A stretch of 63,997 bases of DNA, the filler included, from Catajapyx aquilonaris (taxonomy: Eukaryota): the NCBI GenBank assembly GCA_000934665.2. It is 4 parts of 4 records of this genome, joined end to end, with 100 filler letters (N's around TTAATTAATTAA, not from the genome) between each part and the next. Parts side by side here need not be neighbours in the genome. Positions count along the whole stretch, not along the records: positions 1 to 15,961 come from JYFJ02007334.1; positions 16,062 to 32,042 come from KZ539671.1; 2 more parts are not named here. One strand, 5' to 3'. This document shows positions 11,911 to 24,805 of the stretch, one piece after another. Positions within the stretch are counted from its first letter, which is position 1. Each line of letters starts with the position of its first letter. The notes under the pieces were generated by a model that saw only the letters and a list, made by a program, of their open reading frames with translations, did no database searches and was not told where the DNA came from. Made by a program: the position numbers and the translations under genes.

Positions 11911-13766
11911 TTATTTGCCATGTGTTCTCAGATGTATTTTTAAATCAAATGGCCAAGAAAACATTCTTCCACACAGAACGCAAAAACAGGGCTTCTCACC
12001 CATATGACTCTTCATATGTGTGGTCAGAGTAGTAAGGTTATTAAATGCTGCCTTGCAAATCTGGCAACGTTTAATGTGAGTTGTGTCATGTACTTTTAAA
12101 CCGTATGAGCTACTAAACTTTTCTCCACAAAAATTGCAAGAAAATGGCTTCTCTCTTAGGTGCTTTGCCATATAATGGATTTTCAAATGTGAAGGCCAGG
12201 GAAACTCTCTCTTGCAAATTGGGCAACATAATGGCTGCTTTCCAGAAGTCTTGGCTGTCTTGCTCCCTATATTAGCTGCCAAATGTAATGGAGCACTAGC
12301 ACTCAATCCCCTTCCATTGGGAGTCCCGTACGATATGTCCAAATGGATGCCCTCCTCCAAATTCCCTTCACAGGCCTTCTCCTCTTCTCCCTGAAAGACG
12401 TCAACTTATTAGTAGAATTCTTTAGTCCACCACATGGGTCACCAGACAAAAGTGGTTTAGTTATCCACGGCTAACAACTGTCAACCAATATCAGTGAACC
12501 TAGCTGTCTATGTTGGAGTTACTAGTTTAATCAGTGAAATTTCTTTTCGGGCAGCAAAAATGTCATCAACAAGAGTGCCACGCCAAAGCCTAAAGTTATA
12601 ATTATGATATTCAACGTTATTATCTTTTAGAGTAACTAACCCCCATGAAAATAAAGGGCACTGAAGTGTTTTCTAGATTTAATAAATTTTCAATCAAATT
12701 ATTCAAAATGATCTCATGTGTTTAGAAATGTATGTTTAGTTTATTACGTATCCAGGAATGGTGGACATCGTGGCAGTGGAATTGGACACCATGACCTCAC
12801 TTCTTTGCGGACCGATCTTAAATATGGAAGCGGCATTTTGTCCCACACATTGTATATTTCATGTACAAGTTGAGATCAAAGAAACATTTCAATTGGAAGT
12901 AGCTTTTTCGGGCCCAAGAGCAAAATGCAATGCAAAACCTCATAAGGGAACCGGACACCAATTACATCCAAACATAATTAAAATATTGACTTTTAGAGTA
13001 ATCAGGGTAAGCAGGAGTATATTACCTTAGTGTACATTGAAAAATAAAATTAATTCGATCAAAATTAACCGAGTTACAGCTGTTCCTAGCATCAAGAGGA
13101 ATGCACTTCCTTTCAAGACTTGTAAAACACAGAAAAATAAATAAATAAATAAATAAAAATCCAATTTCTTTTGTGCAAAACATAAAATTCAAAACTATTA
13201 ACGTTTAAAATGATAGAGAAAAATTACTTTTTAAACTTTCACTTTTAACCAAAAGGTCCCTTTTCGTATGGAATGGCCAATTTCTCTATCGGACACAATG
13301 CTAATATTTGGGCAAAATTTTCATTGTTCCCATTGACCTACAGAAATTATTATGCTTTCACCAAAATTATCTAGCCCGGTGGTAGATCCTTATTCAGTAT
13401 AGTTTTTGCTGTCTCCATTGAGTCTGAACTATATGAAGACCCAGAGTGGGCATATATATGCACCTTCTGCACCTTCTGCATGGTGTTTGACTCACTGATT
13501 GGCTTTTCAGTGACTCAACATGCTTACACACCTTGCTGGTACTTTTATCTGCTTTGGCCAAGGGATCATCCACATATACAGGGGCATCTGATACGGACAC
13601 TAAGGCCTCCTCTTCCTCCATCTTAATGCGGCTGCTGTCTTGCGTGTCAACTTCTGAACGGTAGGTACAGGGTGACGATAAGGTCTCTACCTTAATCCGT
13701 GTCCGCTCCATAGGGATATTACCATCAAACATTTCTTCTTTCACGTCTGTCTTAATTGGCTGGATC
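11911..13766 (-). pseudogene. ZF5: truncated C2H2 zinc-finger gene (4 fingers), no exon 1 found
   Basis: Exon 2 13766-13532 and finger exon 12390-11911. The TAA is followed by a frameshifted finger remnant (CGQLFTKGHDLKRH). Internally deleted relative to ZF6. A SINE head sits just upstream of exon 2. Confidence 0.65.
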
Positions 13767-13780
13767 CTAAAATAAGAATT

Positions 13781-13872
13781 CACATAAGTATCCTCTGTCC
13801 GACCCGGGGATCGAACTCGGGACCTTAGAGGTGGAAGGCTGCGGTGCTAACCACTCGGCCACCGTGTCGCCC
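13781..13872 (-). mobile_element. tRNA-derived SINE head, family B
   Basis: A box TGGCCGAGTGG, B box GTTCGATCCC; near-identical to the head of 62497-62761. Confidence 0.8.
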
Positions 13873-14552
13873 TCTACATGGCATGGATATTATAGGTGGT
13901 AGTCAGGCATGTGAGAGTATCTACATGACATGCTCTTGATGAATAATTTTTCCTGTATATAACATAAGGGCATTTTTTTCAGTTTTATTGTAAAATGTAA
14001 TAAAAAATAAATAACTATATTAATAATATAAAAAACTGTTCACAACTGACATTACAAATGAGCACAGAGCACTTTCGTATCAAAAATGCAGCCTGACCAA
14101 GTCAATTACAATCCATGTGAACTATTCATGCTCAGATCCTGCAAGACACTTGTGGGATACCTCACCCTAACTAAACACCTTCTGGGCTGCAATTATTCTC
14201 CCTCAACAGCCTGGTTGACGGAAAATCCACTGCTTTTACCTGCAAACCAAGTGTTATGCTACACATTGCGCTGGTTCATCTATGCACCATGCATTTTATG
14301 CTGCTGCCCTCATTACTTATACACTTTTACGATCAGGTGTCCAATTAATGGCCTTCTAAAAATCACCCAAAAATTTGTGTGCAAGAATTTTAAAAAACCA
14401 AACATGACGACGTCACTGCAACACCTTCAGGTTTTAAAATACCAGAGGGGCTCTTCGCAACAGCATCTACATGTTATACTGGTCGGCCTCATTATGCACC
14501 TTTTCATGTTATACGATCCTGTTTTGCTGGAACACACAGGCATCCAGCAAGA

Positions 14553-15470
14553 TTATTTTTCTCCCATCTTATGTGTATGTAAATGTGTTGTTAAATCATG
14601 TTTCTGAGTGAAGCTTTTCCTGCAAGTATGACAAGAAAATGGCTTAAATCCTGAATGAGACATCTCATGTCTTTTTAAAGCAGATTTCCGATAAAACATT
14701 TTCCCACAAACATCACAAGAAAAGGGTTTGTTGCCTGTGTGGATTCTCTCATGTGAGGCCCGATTAGAAGAGTCATTAAATGCTGCGTTGCAAATCTGAC
14801 AGCTAAATGGTTTTTCTTTCGTGTGAGCATGCACATGGATTTTTAGAGCATATCGCCTATGAAAGCTTTTCCCACACACATCACAAGAAAAGGGCTTGCT
14901 GCCTGAGTGAATTTTCATGTGTGCGGTCAGCGTACAAAGTTGATTAAATGCTGCCTTGCAAATCTGGCATATATATGGTTTTTCGCCTGTGTGAATACGT
15001 ACATGTCGTTTTACATCACTTCCCTTAGTGAAGCTTTTCCCACACACATGACAAGGAAACGGTTTATCTCCTGTGTGAGTTCTCACATGTAATTTTAAAC
15101 CATATGCGGTACGAAACTCTTTCTCACAAAGATGGCAAGAAAAGGGCTTCTCTCCTGTGTGCTTCAACATATGGACTTTCAAATGCGCAGTCCTAGCAAA
15201 CTTCTTATTGCAAACCAGACATTGCAATGGTTTCCTTCCTCTGTGCTGTCTCATATGGCTCCCCAAACCACTTGATGTTTTACATTCCGTCTTGCAAATC
15301 TGGCAACATAATTCCAGCTTTCCAGAAGTATTGGCTGTCACCCTCTCCATATTAGTTGCCAAATGTAATGGAGCACTAGCGCTCAATCCCCTTCCATTGG
15401 GAGTCCCATAAGATATGTCCAATTGGATGGCCTCCGTCAAACTCCCTTCACAGGCTTTCTCCTCTTCTCC
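14553..15470 (-). CDS. ZF6: finger exon of a C2H2 zinc-finger gene, 9 fingers; upstream exons not seen (assembly gap nearby)
   Basis: Acceptor ttcag|GGAGAAGAG at 15470 is in frame with ORF 14553-15440. N-terminal part closely resembles ZF5. Confidence 0.85.
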   Translation of the reverse strand, partial: GEEEKACEGSLTEAIQLDISYGTPNGRGLSASAPLHLATNMERVTANTSGKLELCCQICKTECKTSSGLGSHMRQHRGRKPLQCLVCNKKFARTAHLKVHMLKHTGEKPFSCHLCEKEFRTAYGLKLHVRTHTGDKPFPCHVCGKSFTKGSDVKRHVRIHTGEKPYICQICKAAFNQLCTLTAHMKIHSGSKPFSCDVCGKSFHRRYALKIHVHAHTKEKPFSCQICNAAFNDSSNRASHERIHTGNKPFSCDVCGKMFYRKSALKRHEMSHSGFKPFSCHTCRKSFTQKHDLTTHLHTHKMGEK

Positions 15471-15702
15471 CTGAAAGATGTAAACTTATTAGTGGTTACA
15501 ATATGTCATGGCACTCACGAACTGCACGCTCTTGACATTTGTAGAGAGAAAAACACACCAATATTTCTCTATTGGANCCCCCCCCCCCCCCCTTCTGCCT
15601 GAAAGATGTCAATTTATTAATGGAATCCTTCAGTCCATCCTCCCAGATTGTTATATTAACATTGGCTGATGACAGTCGTCTTCACCCACACTGCTAATGT
15701 TT

Positions 15703-15960
15703 GGGAAGGCGAAGTGGCGCTGCGGTAACGTATGCGCCCACGGATGGAAGGGTCCCAGGTTTGATACCAAGCCTGGGTATTCCCCCCTTTCATCTCCTGC
15801 GGAGTTCGGGGTCATCTCCGGCTTCGTATAGGGTGGGATTTCTGATAGACGAACCATCACCGACGGGAGCTCATATAATGACCATAGTGCTGACATTGCA
15901 CTGCACATTGCACATCCCCTCCCACTCACCCTGCCCTCAGACCAGGGCTCTTCGTTGTCC
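15703..15960 (+). mobile_element. Probable tRNA-derived SINE
   Basis: A-box-like TGGCGCTGCGG and B-box-like GGTTTGATACC at tRNA spacing; runs into an N-gap. Confidence 0.5.
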
Positions 15961-15961
15961 A

Positions 15962-16061
15962 NNNNNNNNNNNNNNNNNNNNNNNNNNNNNNNNNNNNNNN
16001 NNNNNTTAATTAATTAANNNNNNNNNNNNNNNNNNNNNNNNNNNNNNNNNNNNNNNNNNNN
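15962..16061. other. Assembly gap with TTAATTAATTAA linker (also at 32043-32142 and 48087-48186)
   Basis: The same N-run / TTAATTAATTAA / N-run structure occurs three times. Confidence 0.95.
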
Positions 16062-16243
16062 CCTTTTTTCCCTCATGAATATTGTTACATGGGCATTGGA
16101 CCTAATATCAGCAGGTGCTATTCCCGATTCTCCAGAAAGAGCCAGAAAGCATCTCTTAGCAATGACCTGCTTATAAACAAGCAGCTTGCGCGATTTTTCC
16201 AATAACTACTGGTGCCACGGAGTTGGATCACCCTGTATATATA

Positions 16244-16805
16244 CAGGGTGTTTATTGTAACTCTGCAAAGACTTTCATGGGGAATAGAGGGGACCAAGAC
16301 AAGTATTTTTGACATAGGAACACGTGTCCGGAAACGCCATCTAGAGGGGGTTCATAGACAAGGAACGGGTGCGCTCAGACGCGTCACGCGAGAGGTGCTA
16401 GGTGAGCGGATTGTTTTGTTGATAGATGGCGCTCGGATAGTAACCAATGATGCGATGTGCCATAACCTGGCAATAACAGAGCCATCTAGCAACTAAAGTA
16501 CGCCTCCTAGGAGATGCGCGGATAGTCAACAGCGGATTAGTTGTTGCCAGGTTATGGCGTATCGAGTTGTTGTTTACTTACAACGACGCGATACGCCATA
16601 ACCTGGCAACAACTGCGCGTCATCTATCAACAAAACAGTCCGCTCTCCTAGCGCCTCTCGCGTGACGCGTCTGAGCGCACCCGTTCCTTGTCTATGAACC
16701 CCCTCTAAATGGCGTTTCCGGACATGGGTTCCTATGTCAAAAATACTTGTCTTGGTCCCCTCTATTACCCCTGAAAGTCTTTGCAGAGTTACAATAAACA
16801 CCCTG
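16244..16805. mobile_element. Fold-back MITE, Tc1/mariner type
   Basis: TA|CAGGGTGTTTATTGTAACTC...GAGTTACAATAAACACCCTG|TA; arms ~190 bp. Confidence 0.9.
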
Positions 16806-18120
16806 TATATATATATTTTTTTAAAAAAAATGAAGTCCTACAGATTTCCCATCTTACTGTTACCATTCATTTGCGTGTAAATAAGATCAAAGAGCTAGGA
16901 AAAAACTTGACCAGTAATACCTGGGTCATTCCATGCCAAGATCGCCAAGTTGGTGGCTCGACCATCTCAGAATTTGATATAAAAAATCATGTGCGTACAT
17001 ACCTACTGAGTTGTTGCTAGAAACTAAATTAGAGCCTCCCAGGTGAAAATCCCTCGGAGATATGGCAAAGTCTTTCGGCAACAATAGAGCCGGACTGACA
17101 GTACCATTCTATTTATTTCAGGTGGAGTTATTGTTGTAACCCCATGATCATATATATCAAATGAACGGTAATGAGATGAGGAACATTGTGGTGGCAACGG
17201 TTTTAACCTAGAGTGTAAAACAAAGTCTAAAAAATTCGCAATTCTGTGCATAAAGGGCACATTTCCAATGGCGACATGTCATCGTTAAACACATACCGAG
17301 AGTGTGAAATTTATATGGTAGTACATGGTCATCTGGTCATTATTGATGTTGAAGGAAAACAACACAAGTCAAGCAGTCTTGGAAATAATAAATAGTGAAA
17401 TAGTGAATTTCTCGTGATTTGGTCATCTTTGAGGTCATTTTTCTTGATGTGGGGCTGGGTCAATTTTGAAGTTACGCATGCTAAACGAAGCGTCCTTCCA
17501 TGCTTGACATAGCGGTATAAGAACGATTCTCTAGACAGAATCGGTTCAGCCACGGCAAATTTTTAAATATAGTGCCAAATAACATGTAGTATATAGACTA
17601 TGTGGGGATTTTCCGTGCACCTGACATGCTTTCCGTGGGCTATCCACGCAACATCAACATGGTCACCTGACCTTTACCCCTGTATGTGGACAACATCACA
17701 AGTCAAGCAGTCTTGGAAATAATAAATAGTGAAATGTCCAATTTCTCGTGATTTGGTAATCTCTGAGGTCATTTTTCTTGATGTGGGGCTGGGTCGATTT
17801 TTAAGTTATGCATGCTACACGAAGCGCCCTTTTATGCTTGACATAGCAGTATAAGAACGATTCACTAGACATAATCGGTTCAGTCGCAGCAAATTTTTAA
17901 ATATAGTGCCAAATAACGCGTAGTATGTGGGGATTTTCCATCCACCTCACATGGCTTCCTTGAGGAACCCACGCTCACGGTAAGTGAATCGTTCTTATAC
18001 CGCTATGTCAAGCATAAAAGGACGCTTCGTTTAGCATGCATAACTTAAAAATCGACCCAGCCCCACATCAAGAAAAATGACCTCAGAGATTACCAAATGA
18101 TGAGAAATTGGACATTTCAC

Positions 18121-18428
18121 TTTATTATTATTATTATTAATTATTATTATTATTATATATATATATATTTTTTAAATATACCCCGTGATAGGGTGGAGCC
18201 CTTATAGGGGGGAAGGGGAGGTTCCCGAGGGAGGGCGCTGTAATTAGGCATTTCTGAAATACACAAGGCCTTTTCTCCTGGTTCGGGGCAGAGTAGGGAG
18301 TGCAATTCTGCCCCGGCATGTCGGGTGAAAAGAGGAAAAAGACCCGGCCTAGCAGAGGTGACAGGCAGAGGTGACGGCCTCCCGCTTGGCTGGCCGGTGG
18401 CGTAACCACTAGACCACCATGCCTCCCC
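18121..18428 (-). mobile_element. tRNA-derived SINE, family C
   Basis: A box TGGTCTAGTGG, (AAT)n tail, flanking direct repeat ACATTTCACT. Confidence 0.7.
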
Positions 18429-18599
18429 ACATTTCACTATTTATTATTTCCAAGACTGCTTGACTTATGATGTTGTCCACATACAGGGGTAAAGGTCAGG
18501 TGAGATGACCATGCTGATGTTGCGTGGATAGCCCACTGAAAGCATGTCAGGTGCATGGAAAATCCCCACATAGTCTATATACTACACTATTTGGCACTA

Positions 18600-19123
18600 C
18601 AGTGGAGCATCGATTATCCGAACACCGATCAACCGAACCATCAGTTAACCGACCGTTTTCGGGTCTGCAAAAAACCAAAAAAACAACCAAACCCTCCCCC
18701 CTAAACTGCAGGACTACTTCATGTAAGGACAGTAAGGTACCCCCGCGAGCATAAAGATGGAGATGGCAGGCCCACTTTTGACCTTTCTTTATCCGACTCA
18801 AATTAATGAACTCTTTTGGGACCGAGTTAGCTGCATCATGCGTGTGTTCGTGTATTTATGACAGTATATTTGATACCGTAATAGCTGAGATTGGCAGAGA
18901 AGCCTTCCGAAGGTGAGGGCCTGCCGTCTCCATCTTTATGCTCGCAGGTGTACATGTACAGTATTTTTAAGACGTGCCTGTGACAGAAAATATACAGTTT
19001 TGTGGTTAATAGTTTCTTAGTTTCATATTGCCCCTATGACACCTGTACAATCTTTTTCCGTAAATGATCGGTTATCCGAACACACCCTTGGTAGACTCTG
19101 TTTGGATTATCGATGCTCCACTG
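18600..19123. mobile_element. MITE, Tc1/pogo type
   Basis: TA|CAGTGGAGCATCGAT...ATCGATGCTCCACTG|TA. Confidence 0.85.
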
Positions 19124-19310
19124 TACATTAAAACATTTGCCACGGCTGAACCGTTTCTGTCTAGAGAATCGTTCTTATACCGCTATGTCAAGCATGGAAG
19201 GACGCTTCGTTTAGCATCCGTAACTTCAAAATCGACCCAGCCCCACATCAAGAAAAATGACCTCAAAGATGACCAAATCACGAGAAATTCACTATTTCAT
19301 TATTTATTAT

Positions 19311-19790
19311 CTCCAGACCTAGATGCAATCAAGAACCTCTGGGAGGATCTCTTTTGCCATCTGAAGAACAAGAGAGCATCCAGTACCACCCATAACTTCA
19401 AGAAACTGGAGGTAGAGTGAAATAATATCCCACAATGTGTTGGACAAGTTGGTCGCCTCGATGCCTCGCAGATGTCAAGCTGTCATAGACGCCAAGGGCT
19501 GCCCGACCAAGTACTAGATGTGAGTGATTAGCTTGTCAAGTATTGTAGCATTTGGTTGAATTTTCATTAAGTTATGGTTGTTTGAAGATTTTGTTGAATT
19601 TTGACATATGCGCAAAGGTAAACAAAAATAGTGTTTATTTTTCTTCTGCAATGCAGAAATTCTTCAAATCTTACATATTCTCTTTAAATGCCATTAGACA
19701 TAACATGTTCAAATTTCAGCTCAATCGGATCACTCTGGAAAAAGTTACGCCTAAAAAACAAAAAGTTAATATAATTATGGCCACTACTGT
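19311..19790 (+). mobile_element. Tc1 transposase C-terminal remnant and right end
   Basis: SPDLDAIKNLW...KLVASMPRRCQAVIDAKGCPTKY* with an internal stop; terminus TATGGCCACTACTG|TA. Confidence 0.8.
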
Positions 19791-19945
19791 ATATGCCAGT
19801 AATCTACCTTGCATCTAAGCCTTGCATGGTGTCAACCAAAAATCATACCATCACCAATCCACACATTCCCTCTTTCATAACTATTCACCTTAGTAATTAA
19901 TCACTTTCATACTATCATATTCATGTTCCACATATAGAAGTACTA

Positions 19946-20563
19946 CAGGGTGATTCTCCCGAATGGAAACCCAAACATCCCTCAATAACTTTTTAACTAT
20001 GGTATGGTTCCCGATGAAAATTGACTTGTATCATGCCAAACAAGGTCTGACTAAAGAATATACCAAAAGTGGTCCCCTCCAGCATCCAAGAATTTTTTAA
20101 TGCGAGTCTGCATATTGCCGAAGACTCCTGCAGATGTGGCGGCGGGGATGGCATCAATCTCCCGCCCGCCGCGCACTGTAAGGCGTCTTTGAGAGCATCA
20201 ATTCCACAGGAACAATCTCGCTTAGGGGTATGATGGGTTGTTTTTTTTTCTTGCGGAGTTTGTTGAAGGGCTGTGTATACAAAAATAACCCTCGAACAAT
20301 TGCTGCTCCCAAAGACGCCTTATGGCGCGCGGCGGGCGGGAGATTGATGCATCTCCGCCGCCACATCTGCAGGAGTCATCGGCAATATGCACTCGCATTA
20401 AAAAATTCTTGGATGCTGGAGGGGACGACTTTTGGTATATTCTTTAGTCAGACCTTGTTTGGAATGGTACAAGGTAAGTATAAGTCAATTTTCATCGGGA
20501 ACCATACCACAGTTAAAAAGTTATTGAGGAATGTTTGGGTTTCCATTCGGGAGAATCACCCTG
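19946..20563. mobile_element. Fold-back MITE, Tc1/mariner type
   Basis: TA|CAGGGTGATTCTCCCGAATGG...CCATTCGGGAGAATCACCCTG; near-perfect arms >200 bp. Confidence 0.9.
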
Positions 20564-23500
20564 CATTACTCTATGCAAAATGACTCACCCAGTACCCAAA
20601 CTCCAAACAGAAGCACATCACTGCAGCAACCTGCCAAAACATTACTCTAATCATAGTTCCTTAGGAAGTGAGGTACTGCAGCTTATGTTTTCAGTAAGCC
20701 TAGCTACAACATTAAAAGTCAACCTTGTCTTTGTCAACCGTAGAAAATTTCCTTCCACTTTTGCACATACTGTGATTTACGTGACCATTCTAAACCTGCA
20801 CCACATCAGTGAGAAACTTTGCTTAAAATCTCCCTTGGGCAAATTGAAGAGTAACTCCCAAGTTGTCAAGCTTGAACTAACATCCTGATCTGATCTACAT
20901 AGAAAATTAATTATTCACAAGCTACCAGTCAGGCACATCTTGGTGTCATACCAGATTCATCTGTTCCCCTGATAAAATGAAAAACACAGGTCTCATGTGA
21001 GCATGACTAATATTGGTTTCGTCAAAACCTGGTTCCAAAATATTTTCTTAGCTTACTACCATAGTTACTCTATGGTGATTAATTTTCGTCTATTTGAATA
21101 ATACACAACTGACTATAACATGCTACATGCACAAGTAAGCTAGACTAATGTCATGCTAATTTTTACTACAATGCTGAAAACATTACACAAGCAAGCTTTT
21201 GTAAGTTGCATGCACACAACATTCAGAACATAGGAAACATCATGACATGCTGAAATAGGTGATCTAACAAAAGAGGACGAATAAAAAAAAAAGAAGCGGA
21301 CCTGGAGAATATATGCATAATGAGCAGTGACTAATCTAACCTGAGAAGCGTGGATTGGTTTGTTGGCTTCAAAGGTGGACCTGAGAGAAGAGATGAAATG
21401 CTTTGGTCCAGTAGAGGAAGAAGGTGGGGCAGCTGAGAGGTGGTGAGATGGGGAAGACGAGGAGTCCTTCTTGCCACTGGCCCAGCCCTGGCGAGATCGC
21501 CTGGTAGCCAGAACCTCTGCTCGAGTTGAGGACATAACTCTTCTAGGCCACTACTGCTTTACTCTTCTCCTTCTCGTCCTTCTTCTTTGCCCCTCTTCTC
21601 CACTTCAACTCCTTGCCCTGACCAGAGTCCACCACCGCCACCATACACTCCCATTGCAACTCTGAAACACATCCAGTCACTTTGTAGGTCACCTCCAGAC
21701 TGTTCAATGCTTTGCTTCATTCCAGGTACCCATCAATTATGCACTGGGACTTTGGGTTTCATCTATTATTTAGTGCTCCTTTCCAAAGTCCAATGAATGC
21801 TTCATTCAAGCAACTTTCTGCTGTACTTCATTCTTAGCAGAACTATCTACAAATGAGGTAGGCAGATGATGCATTGTAAATTCAAATTTAACAGCTTGTA
21901 AGTGAGTTGTTATCAATTTATAAGTCATGAAAAACTCTTTGTCAGCAACTAATCCTTGTCGTCTTCTTTGCATATCTAGCACAAAGCAGTCCTGCTCATC
22001 AGCGTTGTTGTCAAATAAAGGGGGAGGATGACGAGAACTGGCTGGTAGGCATCTCTTCCCCCACTTCCCTCATTGTATTGTATGCACAAGAATGGCGCTG
22101 AAGGGAAATGCTTTTGAGGACGCACACACCTTGTTCCGCTCAAAAGTGATGGCATGATCCATGATTAGGATGTGGAAAGGGAAAAGAAAAGGACACTGAG
22201 TGACCTCAATGTGAGAAGACAGTGACTGAATATCTCATGAAAAAAAAAAAAAAACGCACAGGGTGCTCAATGCAACAGCCTGCTAGCACCATCCACTCAA
22301 ATGCGAGAAAATCTGAGCAACAAGGTGAAGAAATACAATGCAACAAAAGCAACTCAAATATACTGCAAATAGTCCTACCTAGTTTCCAAAAACCATGCAA
22401 ATTTTGGGCAATGCAAAATTTTCAAAATGCAATATGAAACACAACTCAGCAAACCAATCACTTCACACATGCCAAAAGCAATCAAATCATTCTCTCCAGT
22501 AAAATCATTAAAATCTGATAAAAATTAGCCATAAGATTTTACCTACCATTCAACAAAACACTTGTACCAGTAACTATAACTCAACATGAGATCAACTGGT
22601 TTTAAGATTACACACATGTAAATGACCCAGCCGAATAATTGTAACCTGATACATCGAATTTGCAAAACAGCCATTCACTATTCTCCAACTGCATATGAAA
22701 AATCAATATCTCCTCCAGTGCTTCAGCAGACCAGCTGGAAGGCCAATCTGGCTAGGTTATTAAGCCATGCGGGGCCTCACAGCCTCAATTAAAATTCGGA
22801 CAGGGGTCTTTTCTTTCTTGACAATAAAATGCCCTGCTTTGCATTTACCTGGATGGTAATGAACATTACATGGCATATGCACTGCAAATATGCATTTGTC
22901 AAATTGGCTTTTTTTATACATGTCTTTCAGTGCCATCACTTTACGATCAGTGAGAAACTAATTACTTATTCACTGTCACTCATTCCATTCCTCTTTACTT
23001 TTTCTCTGGCATGTGTAATATTGACTATTTGACTTCATTCATTCTGGCCCACTCTCCCGAGATCCGAATGCGCCTGAAGGGTAAACAAACATTGTTGATG
23101 TTGAGGGCAGTCAAACGATACAGCTGCAATCCCCCATGGTAATCCAGACATTATTAAAAACCCCATGAATTTTTCCCATGCATAGCAGTATCACACGCAT
23201 TTTCCGCCTGTAAATACCAGACACCAAGCTGCACTGAAGTCACACATTTGGGACGCGCCTTTCCTCTACTTATATTGCGATTTCTTGTAATTTGCAATTC
23301 CGCAAACTGGTATTAACAAAGTTCGACCGTTCCCAGTAACAGCGTCGACGGTAACGCCGCCGAAATAAGCGGCGGCCGATAGAATATTCCACGCCGACGT
23401 CGTGTAATCGGGAACAAAGTGGTGGAGTTCAAAGTAACTGCTTCATTCTTCAGAGCGCCACCTCATTTGCAGATATATCGACAAATCAAAATGCCTGCGC

Positions 23501-23904
23501 GACAAACCCGATTGACACTCCCGTCTCCCTAGTTTTACAGTGCAAGTACTGCAACCCAACGGACAATCAAACGGACAATCAGCTGAAGGTCGTACGCTGT
23601 TGTCGCAATGCCCCGAACTCTCGACAGTGATACCCCCGATTTAAAATTTTTAAAAATCCCACGCTTATTTAGTTCTTCGTTAGTGGCCTCCTGCACAACA
23701 CATCATCGCGTCGGGAATTTCCAGATCGACTTCCAGCCTCCGTTAGATTTCACTTTGATTGGTACAATTTCCCAAAATCTAATCAGCGCCTAATTCAGAC
23801 AGCATCCTGCCCGGTATCGGGGCAGAAATGAGAACATAACTGCCTCCGATGAACATCTAGCGAAAGCACGTACTGATAACCATCCGTCAAGAAACTCGTG
23901 ACAA

Positions 23905-24805
23905 AACGCGTCTGGCATGAAGTCACTCCCTACACTCCACTTCCAGCACATTTTTTTTTTAAATATATACTACCGGGTATTTTATACCGAAAAAGCAATC
24001 AGAATATGCATAGCTTATCCATATTCAGCACCATTGATTACCACCTCGCTTTCATGCCCATAATTTGCTGTATGGCCAAATCGTGTAATGCAACCCGGGA
24101 ATACTCGCGTGGCATCAATTCAACACACTATCCTTGTGGATATACAACCCCTGGGGCACCGCAAACTGCACCGCCAGACACTATCACAAAAAATAAAAAA
24201 TAAAAAAATAAAAAAACTACCGTAAACTCACGACCCGAAATGAATCCGGCGCCCTCCGCTCGAACACGGTAGGCTTACATTATAATGGCGTACCTACCTA
24301 CGCAAAATCCTGCACAATATGAATTATGCAAGAGCTCCGGTGCGACTTGATTCCNAACGCGTCTGGCATGAAGTCACTCCCTACACTCCACTTCCAGCAC
24401 ATTTTTTTTTTTAAATATATACTACCGGGTATTTTATACCGAAAAAGCAATCAGAATATGCATAGCTTATCCATATTCAGCACCATTGATTATCACCTCG
24501 CTTTCATGCCCATAATTTGCTGTATGGCCAAATCGTGTAATGCAACCCGGGAATACTCGCGTGGCATCAATTCAACACACTATCCTTGTGGATATACAAC
24601 CCCTGGGGCACCGCAAACTGCACCGCCAGACACTATCACAAAAAATAAAAAATAAAAAAATAAAAAAACTACCGTAAACTCACGACCCGAAATGAATCCG
24701 GCGCCCTCCGCTCGAACACGGTAGGCTTACATTATAATGGCGTACCTACCTACGCAAAATCCTGCACAATATGAATTATGCAAGAGCTCCGGTGCGACTT
24801 GATTC
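23905..24805. repeat. ~450-bp near-exact tandem duplication separated by a single N
   Basis: ~23905-24354 is repeated at ~24356-24805; probably a contig overlap. Confidence 0.8.

Larger units (their letters stand above)
17355..19310. repeat. Large fold-back built from a ~340-bp unit (two direct and two inverted copies), interrupted by a SINE and a MITE
   Basis: ~17355-17690 and ~17690-17960 are direct copies. ~17985-18600 and ~19125-19310 are their reverse complements. Confidence 0.75.

Noticed and set aside
15590..15645. Second ZF-type splice acceptor upstream of ZF6
   Set aside because: It resembles the intron-2 end but leads into a poly-C/N low-quality stretch, so no exon can be supported.
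23905..24805. Duplicated ORFs (101 and 109 aa) as a gene pair
   Set aside because: Near-identical copies abut a single N, typical of an unmerged contig overlap; no protein features.
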